Shown piece by piece: positions 50,121 through 57,876 of a DNA stretch of 64,000 bases. The translations under genes were made by a program, and so were the position numbers. The notes beneath the pieces are model-generated. The model worked only from the letters and a program-made list of their open reading frames with translations. It ran no database searches and was not told the origin of the DNA. Position 1 is the stretch's first letter, and each line of letters opens with the position of its first letter. The stretch is from Sphingomonadales bacterium (GTDB lineage: Bacteria > Pseudomonadota > Alphaproteobacteria > Sphingomonadales > Sphingomonadaceae): positions 16,102 to 80,101 of the forward strand of contig JAGWMZ010000019.1 in the NCBI GenBank assembly GCA_028871475.1, read 5' to 3'.

Positions 50121-50803
50121 TGGCAACGATTGAGATCGAGGTCGATTTGCGGGAGCGTTTCGGCCCCGCCCGCGACCAGGGCCCGCGACCGACTTGCCTG
50201 GCTTTTGCGACAAGCGACAACCACGCCGGACTTCGCGCGGGCTGGCAGCCGCTCTCGTGTGAATATCTCTACTTCCACGCTCAGCGCCGCGCCGGCCGGT
50301 TGCCAGGGCAAGGGGCCGTGCTCCCGGCTATGCTGGAGGCCCTGCGCGGTGACGGGCAGCCGGTTGAAGCCGGCTGGCCCTATCTGGACGCCTCGCCGCC
50401 GGAAGGCGACGCTTGGAAGCCGCCAATCGAGGTCGGATCATGCTACGGGCGCGTCGGTGTCGCGTCGCAGCCGGACGTTAGCGGCGTTCGCAGCATGCTC
50501 TCGCTGGGCCATCCCATAGTCGTGCTTTCGATGCTCTCGCGCTCATTCTTCAGGCCGGTTGACGGCGCGGTTGCGCCCGTACCGGGAGAGCAGCCGGAAC
50601 CGAGCCAGCGCCATGCGGTCGTCGCCGTCGGCCACGGCAGGGTTGACGGTGAACCGGCGACGCTCGTTCGGAACAGCTGGGGACCCGGGTGGGGGCTCGA
50701 TGGGCACGCATGGCTCACAGACGCATTTCTCGCACCCCGCATCTTCGCCACAGCCACGTTAATGGAGGAAGTGAATGTACCTTCCCGTGCCATCGCAGCC
50801 TGA
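50117..50803 (+). CDS. papain-like (C1 family) cysteine peptidase, no signal peptide, no prodomain
   Basis: DQGPRPTCLAF parallels NQGSCGSCWAF (oxyanion Gln plus catalytic Cys27). HAVVAVGHG parallels HAVAAVGYG. VRNSWGPGWGLDGHAWL parallels IKNSWGTGWGENGYIRI. ATGA overlap with the preceding gene. Confidence 0.78.
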   Translation: MMATIEIEVDLRERFGPARDQGPRPTCLAFATSDNHAGLRAGWQPLSCEYLYFHAQRRAGRLPGQGAVLPAMLEALRGDGQPVEAGWPYLDASPPEGDAWKPPIEVGSCYGRVGVASQPDVSGVRSMLSLGHPIVVLSMLSRSFFRPVDGAVAPVPGEQPEPSQRHAVVAVGHGRVDGEPATLVRNSWGPGWGLDGHAWLTDAFLAPRIFATATLMEEVNVPSRAIAA

Positions 50804-51554
50804 CTGCATCTCCGCATGGCTCAAGGCGGTTCGCCTCGTCGACGCCGAGACCGGCCACCACGCCCACAACGTGATCATCGACGTCGAGGATCCGACGGCG
50901 CGGGCGTCGATGTCGGACCCTGCGGTTGCGGCGGTCAGCCAGTTCCTCGCCGACCACGACAAGAAGCCTGTCGAGACCGTGGCGAACACCATCTTCCCGG
51001 CTGGGCTCTACACCCGATACGGCGCCCCCGCCTTCTTCGACAGGTTCCGGGAGGATGTCCTTCCGAAGGTCCGTCGCTCCGAGGATTGGTCCGGCTACTA
51101 TTTCGAACGGATGATGCATCTGCCTCAGGTCGAGGGCGATCCGATCAACCAGCTCTGGGAGATCGTCGGGCGGCTGCGAAACCCCAATGTGCGGGCGCTG
51201 AACAAGTTCGAGCTGAGCATCTTCGATGCCGCGCGGGACGTGAACGACTCGCCATACGGCGGACAGTGCCTGAGCTTCGCCAGCCTGAAGCTGGTGGGGA
51301 AGCCCGATGCGCGACGGCTCACGATGACGGCCTTCTACCGCAACCACTTCTACATCGAGAAGCTTCTCGGCAACCTCATCGGCCTGGGACGGCTACTCAA
51401 GTTCCTGGCGGTGGAAGGACGAGTCGAAATGGGCTCGCTCACGATCGTGTCAACCCACGCGGAGATCGACATGGCGAAATGGACGCGCGACGACTTCCTC
51501 GAACTGGTGCGAACCGCCGATCAGGCGAACGCCGAAGTCTTGGCCGCTGTGTAG
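50775..51554 (+). CDS. thymidylate synthase / dCMP hydroxymethylase-fold protein (divergent)
   Basis: INQLWEIVGRLRNPNVRA...GGQCLSF...LTMTAFYRNHFYIEKLLGNLIGLGRLLKFLA follows the ThyA pattern DQL...LK.NP.SRR...PCH.F.QF...L.C.LYQRS.D..LG.PFNIASYALL. GGAGG lies 6 nt upstream of the ATG. 29-nt overlap with the peptidase gene. Confidence 0.55.
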   Translation: MYLPVPSQPDCISAWLKAVRLVDAETGHHAHNVIIDVEDPTARASMSDPAVAAVSQFLADHDKKPVETVANTIFPAGLYTRYGAPAFFDRFREDVLPKVRRSEDWSGYYFERMMHLPQVEGDPINQLWEIVGRLRNPNVRALNKFELSIFDAARDVNDSPYGGQCLSFASLKLVGKPDARRLTMTAFYRNHFYIEKLLGNLIGLGRLLKFLAVEGRVEMGSLTIVSTHAEIDMAKWTRDDFLELVRTADQANAEVLAAV

Positions 51555-52219
51555 GCGTTCTCGAAGGGCAGCTTCGGCTCGTCCTCGCCGGACACCCCGT
51601 AGAGGCCGAACATGCTATCGATGAACTCGCGCTGCCCGCCATAGCTCGGGTGCCGCACCCCTTCGGTCGGAAGACCGAATTCCGTGAGCGCCAGCTGCGC
51701 ATCCCGTCCGATCGCGATGATCTGCCGCGGCCTGAGCATCTCGATCAGCGCCTCGAGAAGGGGCCAGGTCGCAACGCGTTCCGCGCGCGTGTGGCAGCGG
51801 TTCGAAAGCGGACTATTGGGCTCGTGAGGGTGGAACGGGAACACGTTCCACAGCATCACCGGCTGGCCGATCCGGCTCAGAACCCTCCATGTCACGGCAG
51901 CCGTCCGCTCGGCCACGACTGGCCCCTCCGTCGCCCGCGCCAGCTCGATCCCGCCCATGAGCGCTGCGGCGCTATCCAGGTGGACCTCGTCGGTAAGGGG
52001 AACGCCAGTCCGGCGCCCTCCCCGGTATCCGAGATCCCGCGCGATCCAGATCGTTTCAACTCTCGTCTCCAGCGCGGCGTCCAGCATCCGCTCCAGATTG
52101 GTCCGCCGCCGCGCCGCCGCGTCCTCGCGGTCATGGACCGGGCACACGTCTGACCACGGATTGAAAACCGAAGGCAGGCGGGCCTCCGAGAGGGCGGTTA
52201 CGAATTCACGGGGCGTCAC
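51521..52219 (-). CDS. uracil-DNA glycosylase-superfamily protein (divergent motif A, HPS motif B)
   Basis: IARDLGYRGGRRTGVPLTDE sits at the motif-A position, with NVFPFHP and GVRHPSYGG (HPS motif B). The GTG start at 52219 overlaps the upstream stop (GTGA). Confidence 0.65.
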   Translation of the reverse strand: MTPREFVTALSEARLPSVFNPWSDVCPVHDREDAAARRRTNLERMLDAALETRVETIWIARDLGYRGGRRTGVPLTDEVHLDSAAALMGGIELARATEGPVVAERTAAVTWRVLSRIGQPVMLWNVFPFHPHEPNSPLSNRCHTRAERVATWPLLEALIEMLRPRQIIAIGRDAQLALTEFGLPTEGVRHPSYGGQREFIDSMFGLYGVSGEDEPKLPFENAYTAAKTSAFA

Positions 52220-53391
52220 TGGGGCAAGTCCTTGATGCGCAGACGGCGGTTGTTCAGGTCTATCGTCACGCGGCCGCGCCGATGCTGCTGGAGGAAGCGG
52301 AACGCCGCGTAGCCCTGGAGGATAGCGTCCTCCCAGAGCCACAATGGGCATTGCGCCACCTCGTAGCCGGCGACGAACTGGCGCACATGCTTCAACATGT
52401 CCAGCGGTAATCCTCCGACCTTCACGTGCGCAAAGAACTCAAGCTGTTGCGCCTGGCCGAACAGCCAGGAGGTGACCCCCTCCTCGATCAGGATCGCCCG
52501 GGCGCCATCCTCCACCTCGTCGATTCGCGGTGCGCTCTTCCGCTTAAGGCGCAGGAGGGACCGGAGGACGGGCGACCAGCCGAGTACCGCGACATAGGCG
52601 TAGTGGAACACGTCATGGAAGCGATAGTCGTCTGGCTCGGCGGAATTGTCGGTGAGCCGATCGCCGACGAACGCCCCGCTCGACCTCTGATATACGTAAG
52701 TCTGCGACCGCACGGTGCGTTCGTAAATGTCGATCGTCATCCTTCTGGGAAGCTGCTCCTCGGGATCCATCGCCGCATCGAAAGACGCCGGATACACCCG
52801 CTCGCGAGGCCAGCGGTCGAAGATCTTGTGGAGATTCTTGACGGCCGCGGCCTCCATGGTCACGCCGGATTCGTTCGCCGCCTGTATGAGCCTCCCCATC
52901 ACCGTTACCAGCCTCCGCCGCAGTTCGGCGGTGACGACGGGGAGCCCCGGACGGAAATCGGCCAGCAGGCCGCCGACTTCGCCGGCAAGCGTCAGCAGGG
53001 TGTTCTCGAATGCCGTGGTCGGGGCCTTCACAAGCGGAATGTGGGCCGGCTGAAGGCTGTGGAACGTAAGGGCGTCGTTGCCGCCCATCACCCACTCCCC
53101 GCCCTCGCGGATGGCTGCCGCGGCAATGTCCGACAGGGAGAAGCGGGTTCGCCGTGAGATGGCGGCTAGATACCAGAGGACGTCGCCGAGCTCCTCGGCC
53201 ACCGCGTCTGCATATCCAAGGTAGGACGCCGCATCACGCTGCTTCTTCTTGGCTACGGAGAGCAGACTTCCCGTCTCTCCGAAGAGCCCAAGCATGGAGA
53301 AGCCGAGGGCTTGGCCCCCTCCCCGCTGGTCCGTCTTGGCCGCCTGCTTGGCGTAGTCCGCCACGGTCAGGGCCTCGAAGTCCTCTCCCAT
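52216..53391 (-). CDS. MazG-like all-alpha NTP pyrophosphohydrolase domain protein with about 230-aa C-terminal region of unknown function
   Basis: The N-terminal domain carries LGLFGETGSL and AVAEELGDVLWYLAAI (EExxD metal motif). A second helical segment ends KNLHKIFDRW. No motif was recognised in the C-terminal half. Confidence 0.65.
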   Translation of the reverse strand: MGEDFEALTVADYAKQAAKTDQRGGGQALGFSMLGLFGETGSLLSVAKKKQRDAASYLGYADAVAEELGDVLWYLAAISRRTRFSLSDIAAAAIREGGEWVMGGNDALTFHSLQPAHIPLVKAPTTAFENTLLTLAGEVGGLLADFRPGLPVVTAELRRRLVTVMGRLIQAANESGVTMEAAAVKNLHKIFDRWPRERVYPASFDAAMDPEEQLPRRMTIDIYERTVRSQTYVYQRSSGAFVGDRLTDNSAEPDDYRFHDVFHYAYVAVLGWSPVLRSLLRLKRKSAPRIDEVEDGARAILIEEGVTSWLFGQAQQLEFFAHVKVGGLPLDMLKHVRQFVAGYEVAQCPLWLWEDAILQGYAAFRFLQQHRRGRVTIDLNNRRLRIKDLPQ

Positions 53392-53396
53392 CAGCG

Positions 53397-53690
53397 CTAG
53401 CCCCCTCTTCGCCGAGCAGTGTCTTCAGGAATGTTCATCCGGTCTGGAGCGAAAGCCCCACGGCCGCTCATTCGGATCGATTCGCCGTAGCGAAATAAGT
53501 GCCGGTCCTGCACTTCTCGTGGGAACTGCGGAAAATGGATCTTGATGTCTTCCCCGACGACCTCATCACCATCCCCCCCTGACGTCATGATGTGTGCATG
53601 AAAACATCGGAAGAGGAAAACATCAAGCTTCTTGCGATACTCGTCTGAATAGGCACCACCCGGCGAGACTAGCGCGACCGATATCCGCAC
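53397..53690 (-). CDS. possible small leader ORF of the MazG-like operon (doubtful)
   Basis: The stop lies 5 nt before the MazG-like ATG. The most plausible start is ATG at 53588 (63 aa). The region has lower GC and weak coding bias. Confidence 0.2.
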   Translation of the reverse strand: MRISVALVSPGGAYSDEYRKKLDVFLFRCFHAHIMTSGGDGDEVVGEDIKIHFPQFPREVQDRHLFRYGESIRMSGRGAFAPDRMNIPEDTARRRGG

Positions 53691-53809
53691 GCTTCGCCAG
53701 ATCGGACAGTTACAGCGGTGAAGCAGAAAGCATCTTCATCGAGGACTTCGGTCGATCGAATTGGCTTTCTGCCTTGCTATTGCGAGGCATGATCCTCCAT
53801 GGGTGGTCG

Positions 53810-54991
53810 ATGACGCATCGCGAACCCCGTGCCTTCTGGATCTGGCTCCATCGCTACACCGGGCTGTTGGCCTGCCTGTTTTTGGGCTTCGCCGCGATAA
53901 CCGGCTGCGTGCTGTGCTTCGTCCGCCCGCTCGATGCGGCGATCAATGCGGACCTGTTCAAGGCGGCGCCCGTGGCGCGGGGGATCGATGTGGCCACGGC
54001 GGTCGACCGCTTCCAGGCGGTACATGCCGACCTGTACGTCCGTTCTTTTCCCCTCTCGATCCCACTCGACCAGACTATTCCGGTGAAGGTGGAAGCGGCG
54101 CGCATGGGTAAGGCCCTGCCGTTCGATCAGGTCTTCCTGGACCGGGGCGACGGGCATCTCGTCGGCACCCGCCGGTCGAAGGCCGCATGGAGCCGCCGGG
54201 GCGCCATGGAACTGTTGCATGACGCGCATTACACGCTGTTGGGTGGCGACTGGGCCAAATGGTTCATGGGTGTGATGGCGTTGCTCTGGCTGATCAGCAA
54301 TCCGGTGGGTGCCTATCTGACCCTGCCGCTGCGCAGGCCCTTCTGGAGGAACTGGCGGCGGATGTGGCGCTTCAGCTTCGGGAGCCAGTTGCCACGCCTG
54401 CTGCTCGACCTGCACCGATCCAGCGGCCTGTGGCTTCTGCTGCCGATGACGGCGCTGGCCTTCACGTCGGTCGCGCTCAACTTCTTTACCCTCGCCTATG
54501 AGCCGACCGTCTCCAAGCTGGTGCCAGCGAACCCCTCGCCCTTCGACGGCAAGCCCGCCTTCCCCACCGGTGTCGCGGGCAAGATCGGGTTTGCCAGGGC
54601 CGTCGCACTGGTCTCGGCAGACAATGTGCGCAGCGGCGAGCCGTGGCTTCCCGCCACCGTGCAATATGTGTCCAAGCGCGGGATCTACGGCGTCTCGCTG
54701 ACCGATGACGGCCTGCCCGGCTACAAGGGCCTGGGTCCGAAAACCATCTACCTGCATGGCGACGGTGGCAGCCCGGCCGGCATGGACAGCCCCTACGGCA
54801 ACCCCGGCCTGGCGCTGATCCCCTTCCTCTATCCCGTCCACAGCGGGCGCATGGGCGGGGTCTGGGGTGTGGCCCTCGTCTTCCTGCTCGGCCTGGTGAC
54901 CACTGGCCATTGCATCACGGGCGTCTACATCTGGTGGAAGAAGCGGCGCTCCCGCGTGGCCTCGGCCCGGAAGGTCGCGGCGGCCCGGTGA
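53810..54991 (+). CDS. PepSY-associated TM-helix domain protein
   Basis: FWIWLHRYTGL at the N-terminus, four TM helices, a C-terminal YPVHSGR...G motif and a basic tail. This is the family usually partnered with TonB-dependent siderophore receptors. Confidence 0.8.
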   Translation: MTHREPRAFWIWLHRYTGLLACLFLGFAAITGCVLCFVRPLDAAINADLFKAAPVARGIDVATAVDRFQAVHADLYVRSFPLSIPLDQTIPVKVEAARMGKALPFDQVFLDRGDGHLVGTRRSKAAWSRRGAMELLHDAHYTLLGGDWAKWFMGVMALLWLISNPVGAYLTLPLRRPFWRNWRRMWRFSFGSQLPRLLLDLHRSSGLWLLLPMTALAFTSVALNFFTLAYEPTVSKLVPANPSPFDGKPAFPTGVAGKIGFARAVALVSADNVRSGEPWLPATVQYVSKRGIYGVSLTDDGLPGYKGLGPKTIYLHGDGGSPAGMDSPYGNPGLALIPFLYPVHSGRMGGVWGVALVFLLGLVTTGHCITGVYIWWKKRRSRVASARKVAAAR

Positions 54992-55009
54992 AGGCCGCCG
55001 CAAGGTTAC

Positions 55010-55240
55010 TCAGTATTCGAAGGTCAGCGACGACTTGATCGTGCGCGGCGTCCCCTGCAGCAGATAGCCGCCGAAGGCCGAGGCCCAGTAGCGCGTGTTG
55101 GCGATGTTCTCCACGCTCACGCGGAAGGTGATCGGGTGCTTCGCCGCGACCGCCACGTAGCGCAGCCCCAGATCGACATGCGTCCAACCGGGTACCCTCT
55201 GGAGGTTGGTCCCACGGGTTGGCCTTTTTTTCGTCCGCAC
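55010..55240 (-). pseudogene. C-terminal remnant of a TonB-dependent receptor
   Basis: VPGWTHVDLGLRY...FRVSVENIANTRYWAS...GTPRTIKSSLTFEY is the last few strands of a TBDR barrel with the terminal aromatic. Only about 75 codons remain, and the upstream frame is lost before the imuA promoter. Confidence 0.7.
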
Positions 55241-55344
55241 GGCACGCCACTCTCGAATGGTTCGTTGCCCGCCTCCTTCGGTGAAAATGCTAACCCCCTG
55301 TGGACACGCATTTCATCCAGCTTGACGCGCAGCGCCCTTCACGA

Positions 55345-55359
55345 GAACATAAAGGGAAC
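55345..55359 (+). promoter_or_regulatory. alphaproteobacterial LexA (SOS) box
   Basis: GAAC-ataaagg-GAAC (GAAC-N7-GAAC, i.e. GTTC-N7-GTTC on the other strand) lies 18 nt upstream of the imuA ATG. Confidence 0.6.
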
Positions 55360-55376
55360 GAAAGAGTCGTTTTCCT

Positions 55377-56150
55377 ATGTCCTTGCCTTCTGCCTTCCCT
55401 GCTGCCTCCCGCGACCAACTCGATGCCCTGCGCGCCGAGCTTTCCAGTGCGCGCAGACTGCGGGGGCCGGCTCTGCCCTTTGGCGTGCCGATGCTCGACG
55501 ACCGGCTGGCCGCTCAGGGGCTGGATGGCGCGGGGCTCCACGAGATCGCCGCAGCCTCGTCGCGCCTGGGCGATGACGCTGCAGCCTCCCTCTTCGCCGC
55601 CGGCATCGCCGCACGCTTCGCCGATCAGGGCAACTTCACCGTCCTGTGGGCCCTGTCGCGCTTCGATCTCTATGCTCCCGGCCTGGAACAGGTCGGCCTT
55701 GCTCCCTCGCAACTGCTCTACGCCCAGGGCAGGAACGATCAGGAGGTGCTGGCGGTCGCCGAGGACGCCCTGCGCGACGGCTCGCTCGCCTGCGTGATCG
55801 CGGAAGTGAAGGCGGCCGACATGACCGCCACGCGCCGCCTTCAGCTGGCGACCAGCGACGGCAAGACGCCCATGCTGCTCTACCGGCGACACCGGGCCCG
55901 TGACCACTGCCCGCTGACGCAGAACTCGTCGGCCATGACGCGGTGGCGGATCGGCTGCCTGCCATCCCTTCCACTGCCCCACCCTGGCGTCGGCCGGTCC
56001 CGCTGGTCGGTCGAACTCGTCCGCCAGCGTGGCGGCAATCCCTTTTCCCTCGACTTGGATGCCTGCGATGACAAGGGTTGCCTCGCTCACCCTGCCCTTT
56101 CTGCCGATCGAGCGATTGCGTCGGCTGGAAAGGCCAGTCGCGTGGCCTGA
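55377..56150 (+). CDS. imuA: ImuA, RecA-fold SOS mutagenesis protein
   Basis: It is the first gene of the imuA-imuB-dnaE2 arrangement. It has the G.P.LD..L..GL..G.LHE pattern and a W.VEL.R.RGG tail. Confidence 0.78.
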   Translation: MSLPSAFPAASRDQLDALRAELSSARRLRGPALPFGVPMLDDRLAAQGLDGAGLHEIAAASSRLGDDAAASLFAAGIAARFADQGNFTVLWALSRFDLYAPGLEQVGLAPSQLLYAQGRNDQEVLAVAEDALRDGSLACVIAEVKAADMTATRRLQLATSDGKTPMLLYRRHRARDHCPLTQNSSAMTRWRIGCLPSLPLPHPGVGRSRWSVELVRQRGGNPFSLDLDACDDKGCLAHPALSADRAIASAGKASRVA

Positions 56151-57876
56151 ACCCATCGCCTTCGGCGCGCCTGCGCCCTCCGTCATCGACGACGATCCCG
56201 GCGCCTGCTCGGTGCCGCGTGGCGGTGGCTGGCGCCCCGGCGCGCGATGGGCGCGCGATGGCGCGCTTGCATCAGACAGGGCGAGCCAAGCAGAGATCGA
56301 CACCCTGCCGGCGCACCAGCGCCCGACCATGCGCGAGATGGGCCGCCGCAGCGAAGGTGCGGATCATCCCTTCAAGGCCATGCCAGCTGATGAGGGATCG
56401 CCTGCGCCTGCACCGCGCCTGACCTGGGCCAACCTCTGGGGCACGCCGACCGTGCTGGTCACCCGGACCGGCCAGCGCGACGTGATCACCGCAGCCTGCC
56501 CGGTCGCCATCGGCCTCGGCCTGCATCTCGGCATGGCTGCGGCCCATGCCCGCGCGCTGGTGGCCGATCTGGAAGTGCGCGAGGCGGAACCGCAAAAGGA
56601 CCGCGCTTGGCTCGATCGGCTCGCGCTCCATGCCGTCAGACATTGGACACCCGGCGCCAGCGTTTCAGGGGACGACGGCCTATGGCTGGACCTCTCGGGC
56701 ACCAGCCATCTCTTCGGAGGTGAGGAGCGCTTCTGCCGCCGACTGCTGCGTTTCCTGGCCCGCCTTGGCTTCTCCGCACAAATCGCCATCGCGGGGGCTC
56801 CCGGGGCGGCCAATGCGATGGCGCGCCACGGCGGCAAGGCCATAACGCTGGTCCATCCGGGCCGTGAGGCCGATGCTATCGCATCGCTGCCGCTGGAGGC
56901 GCTGCGGCTTACGCCCGATGTGTTGACGGCTGCAGCACGCGTCGGCCTGGAGCGCATCGCCGATCTCTACCCTATGCCCCGTGGACCTCTGGCCAAACGG
57001 TTCGGCATCGCCACCGTGACCCGCCTCGATCAGGCGCGCGGCATCGTCGCCGAGCCCATCGTGCCGGTGGTGCCCTTCGAGACACCGCAGGCCGAGCGCC
57101 GGCTGCTGGAGCCCATCGGCACGGCCGAGGCGATCGCCCAGGTGATCGGCGATCTGGTCGACGATCTGATGGGCCAGCTGCAGGAGCGCAGGCTGGGCCT
57201 GCGCACCGCCCTGCTCACCTGCCTAGTCGTCGATGGCGGCCAGCAGCGGATCGGGATCGGCACGGCCAAGGCCAGCCGCGATGCCCGCCACCTCAAGCGC
57301 ATGCTCGCCATGCGGATCGATCGCATCGACCCGGGCTTGGGCATCGAGGCGATGACGCTGGTGGCGCCGCGCGTCGAGGACCTGCAGCCTGAAGCCATTG
57401 CCGCCAAGCTGGGCACCGGCGACCGCCCAGCGGAGCTGGCGCCGCTGGTGGATCAGCTCTCTGGCCGGATCGAGCCGCAGGGCTTGTTCCGCATCGAGCC
57501 GAAGGAGAGCGATGTCCCTGAGCGAGCGACCCGTCGCGTCGATCCGTTGTCAAAACCTACAGGCTGGCCGGCATGGAAGCGCCCCGTCAGGCTGCTGGCC
57601 CGCCCGGAACCGCTGGCCCGCGTCATGGCCCTGCTTCCAGACGCGCCACCGCGCCGCTTCGAATGGCGCGGAGCGTCCTATCAGGTTGCCAGTGGCGAAG
57701 GGCCTGAGCGTATCCATGGCGAATGGTGGCGCAACGAGAGGGAGATGTGGGCGGTCCGGGACTATTTCATGGTCGAGGCCCAGACCGGCGAGCGCTTCTG
57801 GCTGTTCCGGCGCGGAGACGGCGTGGAGCCCCCCACAGGCGATTTGTCCTGGTATCTCCATGGGCTGTTCGGCTGA
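56068..57876 (+). CDS. imuB: ImuB, Y-family DNA polymerase-like protein
   Basis: Begins [17 protein letters not shown]. It has the length and position typical of ImuB, and its stop overlaps the dnaE2 start (TGATG). Confidence 0.82.
   Translation: MTRVASLTLPFLPIERLRRLERPVAWPEPIAFGAPAPSVIDDDPGACSVPRGGGWRPGARWARDGALASDRASQAEIDTLPAHQRPTMREMGRRSEGADHPFKAMPADEGSPAPAPRLTWANLWGTPTVLVTRTGQRDVITAACPVAIGLGLHLGMAAAHARALVADLEVREAEPQKDRAWLDRLALHAVRHWTPGASVSGDDGLWLDLSGTSHLFGGEERFCRRLLRFLARLGFSAQIAIAGAPGAANAMARHGGKAITLVHPGREADAIASLPLEALRLTPDVLTAAARVGLERIADLYPMPRGPLAKRFGIATVTRLDQARGIVAEPIVPVVPFETPQAERRLLEPIGTAEAIAQVIGDLVDDLMGQLQERRLGLRTALLTCLVVDGGQQRIGIGTAKASRDARHLKRMLAMRIDRIDPGLGIEAMTLVAPRVEDLQPEAIAAKLGTGDRPAELAPLVDQLSGRIEPQGLFRIEPKESDVPERATRRVDPLSKPTGWPAWKRPVRLLARPEPLARVMALLPDAPPRRFEWRGASYQVASGEGPERIHGEWWRNEREMWAVRDYFMVEAQTGERFWLFRRGDGVEPPTGDLSWYLHGLFG

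Noticed and set aside
53777-55003. 408-aa minus-strand ORF.
   Set aside because: It is antisense to the PepSY-TM gene, which has coherent TM topology and family motifs.
55290-56330. 346-aa minus-strand ORF.
   Set aside because: It is antisense to imuA and to the imuB start. It would also run across the LexA box.
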